DNA of 62,026 nucleotides, the filler included, from Choristocarpus tenellus KU-1152 (taxonomy: Eukaryota > Protista > Phaeophyceae): NCBI GenBank assembly GCA_964200185.2. It is 7 parts of 7 records of this genome, joined end to end, with 100 filler letters (N's around TTAATTAATTAA, not from the genome) between each part and the next. Parts side by side here need not be neighbours in the genome. Positions count along the whole stretch, not along the records: positions 50,405 to 58,483 come from CAXNAD020005185.1; positions 58,584 to 62,026 come from CAXNAD020019987.1; 5 more parts are not named here. One strand, written 5' to 3'. Position numbers and translations under genes: made by a program. How positions within the stretch are numbered: position 1 is the first letter of the stretch; each line of letters begins with the position of its first letter. The notes beneath the pieces are model-generated. The model worked only from the letters and a program-made list of their open reading frames with translations. It did no database searches and was not told the DNA's origin. Shown here piece by piece: positions 52,931 through 62,026 of this stretch.

Positions 52931-54273
52931 CAAAGGAGTCTTACAAAACGGAACAGAGGTAGTTATTTGCTAATACATTATATTACTATCTTATATTTTC
53001 TGTTACTACTATCATTAGTAATGTTCTTATTTCTTGAGGGTTGGGGAGGGGTTTAGTTTACCTACCGTAGTACAGGTGAAGCATTCTTTGGAGGACTACC
53101 TCACAACACACCAGTTTGACGTTGTGCTTTACTTGTGCTCTAACCCACCGACAATGAATACAAAAAATATATTCGTGCTTTTCTTGTTTTTATGAGCGGA
53201 GACGGTGCATTTTCCCTCAAATTGTATGCTATTATGTAGATTATATATTTTGTCCTTTCATACCACTTCTTCCTTGGACCTCCTCAGGTGTGTTTCCGAA
53301 CGACATTTGCTATTCGGGTGAGATGGCAGCTTGCAGGGTGTCGAGGGAAGGGGACAAGGTCTTGGAACATCTACAAAGGACGATTTCTGAGGGGGTTGTT
53401 CCGAAGAGGGTGAGAAAGAGTTGTGTTTTTTCCAGCATCACATTTGTTTCATATGCTAGTTCTATTTTGTGCTTATGAGGTAAATGAAAAAACGACTAAT
53501 ATGTATGAGGTATACTGCACTGTTAGTACTATAGATAGCACTCTGTTGATTGTATCGGATGCCTCCTTTTTGGAGATGGTTGCATTGAAAATAGTAAAGA
53601 TTATTGTAAGTGAACAATCGATTTTATTTTATATGATGTCTAATATACTCACTATAGTACTTTGATGTTGATGATATTCCAAGTTGTTCTGTCGTTATCC
53701 TGTCTGGCCTTCACGGAAATTCTCCCACGTAAAGAGATGGAGTTTTAGTCAATTTTGTGGTGGATGGCTGCCAACCCATCTTCCTCCACCCACCCACCCC
53801 CCACCACCCTCTTGTTTGTAACACAGGATGATAATGCGGAAAAGTGGGTGTTGTTGAGGAAGGTGATATTTCAGTTTCTAAGAAATAAAAAGTTCTAAAT
53901 ACTATTCCAATTTGAGAGTTGTCTTGTGATGTTATTACTAGGTAAGAAGTTTGTTAATAGGGTATGGTGCGGTGTTAGGGCAGGGAAATAGAATGTACAA
54001 CAGTTATGCAGCGCCTCAGCTTGGTCAGGCATCTAAAAGGCGCCAGACCTTGCGCTGAGAAACACCAAGCTCATTTTTTGTTGAAGGTGGGGAGGATGGT
54101 GAATTACTGCAGGCCAACATCGAACTTTTACTAGAGTATTATTGGACATTTCCAAGTCAGAACCAATGATGAAAAAGAAGTACAGCACTCAATGTGTTTC
54201 AAACCCATGAAATCCAAACAGGTGGTAGTTGCTTTTACCACCTTCACCTCCTTTACCACGTAAGGACAACTAG

Positions 54274-54603
54274 AGCTCAAATTATCTGGGGGGAGGTGGC
54301 GACAGTCCGTTTGGGGCCCATATTTCCATGTCGCATTTTTTGGGTGATTTGGTTCCATGTGTTGGATGGATAACGTAAGTACAATTATCCTGGTCAGGGC
54401 CCGAAAGGACACCCTGGTGTAGACCCCCCCCCCCCCCCCCCCCGCCCCCTGCCCGCGCCTTTGAGTTCTTCGTCGCAGTAAAGGGAGAGGGGGGGCGGGC
54501 ATCTTTCACNNNNNNNNNNAAAATAAATAAAATTACCCTGGTCAGGGCCCGAAAGGCCACCCGGGGCGAGACCCCCCCCCCCCCCTCCCAGATACTTTGA
54601 GCC
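54274..54603 (+). mobile_element. MITE-family copy (subfamily) spanning a 10-N gap
   Basis: GCTCAAATTATCTGGGGGGAGG ... CCTCCCAGATACTTTGAGCC inverted ends; internal direct repeat TGGTCAGGGCCCGAAAGG; no matching TSD. Confidence 0.65.
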
Positions 54604-55880
54604 TGCTTGTGTCCATATGGAAGAAGAGAGGAGAGATGGGAGACTCACATCATTCCCCATTGCTGAATACGACCTGGTGGGGTATCTTCTTAATGCGTTT
54701 ACACTATTATTTTTGCCTCAGATGTAAGTCAAAGGCTATGTCAGAGAAGTTTAATTGCAATGCCAAACTCCATACATGATCCAGATCTACTGTCTCATTA
54801 GCTACATAACCTGAACTCATATCCAATGCCGTGATCTCGCATAAACAGAACAGGGTACACCTTACGATTGTCCTATTTTTGTACACTCCCCATGAGAGTG
54901 CAGGCAATGAAGGGTTGCTGGATCTCTCAAACCTATATATATATATCCATAGTCAGAACGAAATTCATCTACATCCTTGTCAACACTGCTTGTCTGAATG
55001 GTCCCGAATGCTTTCAGTTACATATTAACATAATATATATCCTAATCTGCACACTCCCCATGAACCATGAAGTTCATGGTGTGCTCATCTGACCCAAACG
55101 TCACTCGGGCTGAGGTCACCAACTTGGACTCTTGAGGAATTCAGATGTACCAACATCATCACGGTGAAGTACAATTGCGTACCACGATGATCCCTCGCTC
55201 AGCATATGGGTGAAACATTGAACAAGCTCCCCTCTACTGTTTCGCTTGGTGGACGTAGCACTCGCTCCCCCAGGCCCGAAGCCTATCATAGTTGAAGGTT
55301 TTGCCCATCAGATGCTCATTCTTCCATTGAATAGGTGTAGGTATCCTGTGATGCTCTGTCTTGATATAGGAGTCAAAGTATCTTAGAGGGTAGGACTGCA
55401 TCCATTTGGGGGCCAAAATCCAATGTTACAATTTTGATGTAGCTTTGGCTATCATGTTTGTTAGGAGATGTCAATATCCTTGTTCTGGACGCACCTTTTC
55501 ATAACATACACATTTTACTTACTCCAAAACATTTTGGAGTTGGTAAAATGTCATTAAAAACCCGTGGGAAACCAAGCCCCAAATGGACAAACAAGGCAAA
55601 ACTCGCGCCCTCTGAGATACTTTTGCTCATAGGATCGTTGATCCAGTCTGAGTCCCTATACCCTGTGACCACCTTTGTTGTCTCCCTCTCCTTCAGTGGG
55701 ATAGTGTATCCCCAAATTGGTGGAACCTGTAACATAGAGCAGCACATGTTGTAGTCCCTTCCAGTGCCACCTGCGTGGTGATGAAACTGTGCAATCTAGT
55801 TCTCTTGCAGAGCTGCTGCTATCACCAGCACAGTCCTGATAATATAGTTCACTGGGCTAACAGCAGTCTAAATCTGCACA
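54604..55880 (-). mobile_element. Mosaic of Copia remnants: RT-end/RNase H, integrase C-terminus, polypurine tracts and LTR pieces
   Basis: ~55780-55325: WKGLQHVLLYVTGSTNLGIHY..VTGYRDSDWINDPISRQSITGYLHLFNG. ~55320-55075: LMGKTFNYDRLRAWGSECYVH..FHPYAERGII..KLVTSARVTF. CATGGGGAG followed by TGT at 55053 and at 54885. 54885-54604 aligns with LTR 11060-10728. Confidence 0.82.
55370..55628 (+). mobile_element. Complete 259-bp MITE, GAG...CTC TIRs, 4-bp TSD ATAG
   Basis: GAGTCAAAGTATCTTAGAGGG ... CCCTCTGAGATACTTTTGCTC flanked by ATAG/ATAG; excision restores the Copia RNase H frame. Confidence 0.9.
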
Positions 55881-55954
55881 CTGTTCACATTGTTACCAAC
55901 TAAATTATGATAAAGTAGCCTATGAACCTATCCAAACCATTCTTCTATACCTCC

Positions 55955-56335
55955 CACGGAGTGTGTGATGTCATTTGCTGTTTTGAGCTGGTGTCTACTA
56001 GCAACCCCAGCAGTACAAACGATCGGACTGCATGGATATTGTCAGAATTTCAAGAGTGGTTGGATACTCTTCCCTTAAGGTTCTGCATTGTAGGAGATGG
56101 TGCGTATCCATCCAGTGATCGGATCCTGATACTGCTTGCCAGAAGAGGGTTGTCTTCCGAATACGGTATCTTCGATTATCACCAGTCCAACGTCAGGATT
56201 GCCATCAAGCAAGCCTTTTGCATGCTTGTGTGCGCTTGGGGTATCCTGTGGAAGGCCCTAGAAGTATTCCTGTCTCACACAGGGAATGTCGCACATGCTT
56301 GTGTCTGTCTGCACAACTACTGCCGCAGGCGTTGA
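55955..56335 (+). mobile_element. PIF/Harbinger (DDE_Tnp_4) transposase C-terminal relic
   Basis: GVCDVICCF..VST..PSSTNDRTAW, IVGDGAYP, FDYHQSNVRIAIKQAFCMLVCAWGILWK, ACVCLHNYC. The catalytic E is replaced by K. Confidence 0.85.
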
Positions 56336-56894
56336 ATGCCTGTGCCGGACGAGAGAGTGCCATCCCTACATCACAAGGTGTGTAAGGACAGGACACTCAA
56401 CCGCATTGTGTGGATAGGACGCCATCACATTGGAAAATATACCACGTTTTTGACGTGATCCGAAAGGAATTAGGACTAGGACAAAAAGGAACCACTTCAC
56501 CAACACACAGTGTTGCTCACAACGCTGCCTGAAGGCCAGCACTTTGGGAGTAGGAATTCACTGCAGGGCAGGTAGGGATCACACAAGTATTAGTGTCTAT
56601 AGGATCAGGATCATTGTCTGTGTCGTACTTGGGTACCACAATGCATGAATACCCCTTGCCTCACCCATGTTGAATTGTATTGCTCCAAGGGGTACAGTCA
56701 CAAGATGGAAATCTCCCTTGTTAATTTATTTTTGGTGTCTTAGGAGAATTTGAATGTGGCCCAGGTGGACTGGCCTGTGGTGGACCAACAGTTATTAGAA
56801 TAGGCACACGACGTACAGATGTATTTGTATTTGGGGTATACTGGAGGTATATCTCTAGAGTGGTTTTCACGTCACCCCTTACACCCTTGTAAGT

Positions 56895-57124
56895 GAGCAA
56901 AGTTTGTCCATTTGGGGCTTGGATTCCCATGGGTATTTTATGACATATTACCTACTCCGACACATTTTGGAGTAGAAAAAATGTGTGTGTTATGAAAAGG
57001 TGTGTCCGGAACAAGGATATTGACAATTCCTAACAAACACGACAGCCAGAATTACATCATAATCGCAAAATTGAATTTTGGCCCCCAAATGGACGCAGCT
57101 CTACCCTCCAAGATACTTTGACTC
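56895..57124 (-). mobile_element. MITE copy in reverse orientation, 4-bp TSD AAGT
   Basis: AAGT-GAGCAAAG...CCCTCCAAGATACTTTGACTC-AAGT; the body is the reverse complement of 55370-55628 with a small deletion near one end. Confidence 0.88.
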
Positions 57125-57381
57125 AAGTACGCTGTGTTTAAAGTATCACTTTGTCATATCCAGGCTTTGAGTGTTTTCGTGATACACCTACACAGGTGTT
57201 GCCTTTTTTCCTTCTTTGGTTCAATTGATTTCTTTAAATCTGTGCTGTTGCTTTCCCCAATTGCATTTTCTCTTCTAGAGTACTCTGTATATTGCCTTCC
57301 GCTCAAATAATACCGTAGTCTCATATTCGATTATGATGCGAAAAAAAACAGGAGTGGGAAATTCCATGCACTTCTTTCAGA

Positions 57382-57645
57382 GAGCAAGAGCATTTATGAG
57401 CGTAGGATCGGGTCCGTTCGGGGTCATAAATCCAATGTTGCGATTTTGATTCATTTTGGGTATCATGTTTGTTAGGAAGTGTCAGTATCCGCGCTCCTGA
57501 CACACATTTCATAGTCGTATATATTTTAGGTAACTATGTTCACACAGAAAACCAAAAAAGGCCACAAAAAAAACTTGGGAAGAAGCCAAGCCGCCAACAG
57601 AAAAATAGGACAAAACTCCTACCCCCTTAGATGATGCTTTGGGTC
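57382..57645 (+). mobile_element. Older diverged MITE copy
   Basis: AAATCCAATGTTGCGATTTTGAT...TATCATGTTTGTTAGGAAGTGTCA shared with 55370-55628; ends are eroded. Confidence 0.7.
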
Positions 57646-58483
57646 AGAGTTCTGATCCGTATACCCCCAGTGTACAGGGGGTAAGATAACAAGAGGGTGG
57701 ACGGTTCATAAAATATTTAAAGCAAGGAAACCAAATTGAAAAGGACAGAAGAAACAAATGATATGAGTAGGGAGCGTATGAAGGAACTGCATACATGAGT
57801 ATCCAAAAAATGTGAGAAGAAAAAAAACATCCCAGGGTTCAAGTGAGTGAAGGTACCACACAACTCACAAGGGCCATTCAATCTACCCATCAAAAACAAA
57901 GAGGATGCCGCCTGGAGCACCACACGGAACTAAAACTAAACTATCGATGCTCTTCCAGTCAACCCATACCCTACTCAGTGCAGAAGCACCTTTCAAGACC
58001 TTCAACTCCCTCCACTTCCACCTCAGACCCTGTGAACTTTTCCGCACCACAGGCATAATAGCCTTCGCTAAGGCAATCTTGTACATATTCAGTATATATG
58101 TGGAGTCATGTAGGGCAGATCTACAACACCCACCAGCACTTTCCAACTCATAAACTTTGCGACATAACCTTTCTACCTTCAACCACAATGATTTTGTCGT
58201 GGGGCTATATCTGTGTTTGAGTGCAAGGATTTCGTAAATTCAATCGGACACTTGTTTTCGTCTTTCATCACACTGGACAGATCACCACCAACAGCCTTCT
58301 TAATGTCTTCAACTTCCCTTTCCCTTATCACTCTTCACGTGGGAAGCTTGATACTGGAGGTACCCCATCCTAAATCCTACTTCAAGGGTCTCTGCTCAAC
58401 TACGTCATTGATGTCCTCAGATAGGTTGTTCTGTTCGATTAGACTCTTCCAACTCTATCGGACAGTTACGGTAAAATATGTAT

Positions 58484-58583
58484 NNNNNNNNNNNNNNNNN
58501 NNNNNNNNNNNNNNNNNNNNNNNNNNNTTAATTAATTAANNNNNNNNNNNNNNNNNNNNNNNNNNNNNNNNNNNNNNNNNNNN
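58484..58583. other. Artificial contig linker
   Basis: N44-TTAATTAATTAA-N44. Confidence 0.98.
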
Positions 58584-58604
58584 GTTCCGAAACACCACTC
58601 TAAC

Positions 58605-59012
58605 CTTGACATGAGCCTTGACCTGCCCCTCGAACACGGTATGCATGGGATCAACTGGGCAAGGAACCCTCTTTCCTTTGCCCATCGAGTTGCTTCCATC
58701 TATATGAGTGGCGCAAAACTCGCTGCTGTCGCTGCTCCTGGCAAGACAAAGACATTGGATGCTGGAGTTAGCAAAAAACTGAAAATAAAGACAAGAGGGT
58801 CATGCTACATTGGTGGTTAGCAGCTCTATGGTCGCCTATCACCTTTGCTGTGAACAGTATCTCCCTTTATGCTGCACGATGAACATGCACCGGTCCCAGG
58901 CACCAGTGAGTTTAGCGCATTGCTTGGCCTTCTTCCGTTCTTCCTTCTTCTTGCGTTTCCACTGAGGCATCTCAGTAGTTCCACGAGTGGGATTAAGCTC
59001 TTGGCCTCCCAT
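58605..59012 (-). CDS. TRM13: tRNA:m(4)X 2'-O-methyltransferase TRM13, 5' exons only (59012-58843, 58737-58605)
   Basis: Splicing gives WDRCMFIVQHKGRYCSQQRSSDSSEFCATH (TRM13 CCCH finger) then KRVPCPVDPMHTVFEGQVKAHVK (U11-48K-type CHHC finger), the characteristic TRM13 N-terminal pair. The start codon is uncertain and the methyltransferase domain lies off the contig. Confidence 0.82.
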
Positions 59013-60761
59013 TCTGCAGCTTACTCGAGTAGTGCTCGAACTCCACAAAGCAAGTGCTTTTAGTCAAGGCTGCAATGGCAATACGTGCGTTTGATTAGAA
59101 CGCTGAAGTTGAAAGGATACACGTATGGATATCGACAGTTATGGCTTCATCCAGTAAGCAAAACTCATAGAGGATTGGCGATGGTGAAGGAGATCAAGCA
59201 ACGTTGGGAGGAGATACCAGAGCATTCTCCATGGCCGAGGAGATACCACAGGCAACAGGTAACTAAGGATGACACTTTTTTGGTGCATCACCAGTGGATT
59301 CCAAGAGTATGCATGCAATAGAGGTTTCCTTATATAACACCCCCACATGCCAGAAAACAAGGCGCTAAAACCTGATCCAAGGTGTAGTACTACCAAATTT
59401 GTTCTGTTGATCGCATTGATTGTTGTAGGAAATTCAACTATATTTTTTCTCATTCTACTCTTAATTATTCGTGATCGGATCATTCTAAGTATTGGTTTTT
59501 CCTCGTTTCTTGATACTTACTCCCCGCACTACCCGTTTAGTTTTGGTTCCAAATGCAGTCATTCATTGATGCTGACTAATGTTTCGGTTCCGTCGACGTC
59601 AAAAAATTATATATTGTCAAAATGTCAACCATAATATATTGGATGTTTCAAAAATATAATGATGTGAAACAAAATACAACAAAAAAGAACAAAATATCAA
59701 AATAGTAATATATAGTAGTAAGTAGTAGTAGTAGTAGTAGTAGTGGTAGTAGTAGAAGTAGAAATAGAGGAGCTGAGGAGCGCGGTCGTGTCAGATTTGT
59801 CATTCTATGGTAGAAAAGGCACATCATGATGTAGTATATGTAATGAAGTAAACAGACAACGGACAAAACTAGGTCCGCCATGGTTATTTGAGTCAGATTG
59901 AAGAGTTTTCTTAGAACCAATTAATCTCTCTACTGGAAATCGAACCTACTACAATGTTATTGGAATGAAATTCGAATAGCGTACCTTGTATCCTTATTCT
60001 TTTGAAGGAGAAATGAAATTTGATGGAGTATCATTTGTGCGTTGAAGTCTTCCACCATTTTACATATAGAGAGTTTTATGTGGTCGTTTTGGGATTTTAA
60101 ATATGTGTGGTTGTGGAGAGTAGTTGGACAAAATCATGGGATTCTGATTGGATAATTATTGTCGCAATAATGGACTTTCATTGGTGAAATTCGAATTCTT
60201 GGGATTGCTCAACGCCTCACATATAGTACAAAAATCGCCGAGTGTTGGAATCTGTTGGATAATCAACTGGGTTATCCGTATGTATATAAAGAATATACAA
60301 ATTGAATAACATCACTTCCAACCAATCGCCAATTCAATACGACTGTGAACCTGCACTCTTTCCTCCCTTTCCTTCTTGCTCCCCTCTCATCATGATGATT
60401 GTTATCACGATCGGGCTCATCATCCTCTCCTCAATCCCAACCTCACTCAACCAAATACGTCCATGAAATGGTGTATGAACATGGACAAAACATTGTGAGC
60501 AGGGGTTGGAATGTTGTCAGGAGTTGAAGAACTGTGGGAGGAGATAGAGGCGTATGCTCATACCACTGGGCTGACAACGAAGGGTGTAACTTCTGAGTGG
60601 AAGATTGGTGGAAATATACTACATTATGTAGAGGGGTGAGCCAAAGTAAACAAGAGGTACCCAGGTTTTGAACGTTTTGCATTTTAAGCCACTTTCTATG
60701 TCGCTACCTATACACCCATATTTCTATAAAGAACTAAAATTAGTTTGAGAGCGTTGATTTC

Positions 60762-61186
60762 TGTGGAAAGCATGTTTGTCTGTTATTATACCGTTATTGC
60801 CGTATGTCATATACCGTTATACCAATGTACCGATTGAGGTTCTCAGTCAAGAGTCCATGATTTCACGGACAGACTTTCTGTCAGAATGTCACACATGGAA
60901 GACCCACTTTATTCTCATGTCTTTACTGGTGGTGATGAAGCCCCACCTTTGATGGTGCTCATCACTCCTAAGTTTGCACCTGTCCAACTTTAACCTCGTA
61001 CCCTCAGTTAAGGTTCATCCTTGTTTGTCTGGTCCATCTTGCCCGGTGATTCTCTTCGCCACCCTTGTCTGAGTGAACCACGCCGCCACAGAAGCACACG
61101 ATTCACACTTTCTCTATTATTTAATTTTTTCTACAGAATATAGAAGACTCCCTACACACATTGGACAAAATGCCGAAATTTCCACA
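60762..61186 (+). mobile_element. LTR-like repeat, TGTGGAAA...TTTCCACA (425 bp)
   Basis: 8-bp terminal inverted repeat with TG...CA ends; the first ~60 nt match 8594-8656. No TSD seen, so the 3' boundary is tentative. Confidence 0.6.
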
Positions 61187-62026
61187 CAAGTGTCAGCATC
61201 CTATAAATGGAAGCCTGTGTACCTCTCCCTTACTTTGATACAATAGAGAGGTTTATTTGATTTCTCGGCATTACAGAACAGCCATGTGGGTACACAGGAC
61301 CTGTTCGAGATGTAGTGAAATGCTCATTTGTGCTCCCTCTTTTTGCCTATTTCCACGTGTGCTCACCTTACGTTTTGTCCTTCCCCAATTCCGCTCTTGT
61401 CTTGTTCATCATATCATCCTGTGTTGTTCCTCATACCCACTACAAGATCAGGTTGAAGATGGTGACTTCGTGACCTTGTTTGGAACCAAGCCAATTGAGA
61501 GGCAGGCAGGTCTAGACCCTTTTGCATTCCAAATTTTTAGACCATTTTTCTAACCCTATGTAATACAATCTGTTTCATAGCTTTATGTGCACAATGGTGT
61601 GTATGCAAAAATTGATATTCCCTCCTTACACAAAGCAAGACCATACTTCAGCAAAGACGCTTTCTGTAAATGTACAAAGTGGCATCCTTTTGCCCTTTCT
61701 CGGGATCCTTAAAATGCAACCCTGCCTACCTCTCGGTTGGTTTGGCCGTAGGTGATGACAAAGGGTCAGATGGAAGCGTAAATCCACCCCCCAGTAAGGT
61801 ACGATCATTGCATTCTTATCTGGGTGGAGTATGTCTTATTATATCATTACTCTCTATTTCGGTTCTTTTTGTGGCATGTTATACTGATATAGTGTGAAGT
61901 TTTAGGGCACTGCATTATACAGTCCCGTCTGGATGTGGGGCTCAGTGGCATCTAATGAAGCTGGTTGCAGGTCCATGGGAACCAGGTCAACCTGGAGACT
62001 TTCGGTGGTAGACTACGCTGGGAAAA

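Noticed and set aside
8657-58583. Recurrent TTAATTAATTAA motif within N runs
   Set aside because: Identical 100-nt artificial contig spacers; adjacency across them has no biological meaning.
1851-59012. Apparent tRNA-modification cluster (QTRT1, tRNA-Pro, TRM13, plus DBP3)
   Set aside because: The genes lie on different contigs. tRNA-Pro is not a queuine substrate (those are Asp, Asn, His, Tyr), so its proximity to QTRT1 is not functional evidence.

Overview
This window is eukaryotic DNA and is not one locus. It is seven contigs joined by artificial 100-nt linkers (N44-TTAATTAATTAA-N44): 1-8656, 8757-29075, 29176-37034, 37135-44099, 44200-50304, 50405-58483 and 58584-62026. Genes have spliceosomal introns of roughly 0.1-2.7 kb; a stramenopile such as a brown alga is my inference only. 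Host genes reconstructed by hand: AIP1/WDR1 (partial), queuine tRNA-ribosyltransferase QTRT1 (7 exons, one GC-AG intron), a glutamate carboxypeptidase II-like M28 peptidase (7 exons), DEAD-box helicase DBP3 (6 exons), an ERV41/46 + thioredoxin PDI-C protein (partial), an ankyrin-repeat protein (partial) and TRM13 (5' part). There is also a tRNA-Pro(AGG) with a neighbouring copy broken by an LTR-like insertion. Contigs 4-6 have no intact host gene that I could recognise and carry many decayed, nested transposons: Copia, a CRE-like non-LTR element split by a solo LTR, two DD39D-type mariner relics, a PIF/Harbinger relic, a foldback element, and a multi-copy MITE family with GAG...CTC ends and 4-bp target-site duplications (Sola-like). 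I found no convincing new multi-gene biological system. The most notable signals are these transposon features.
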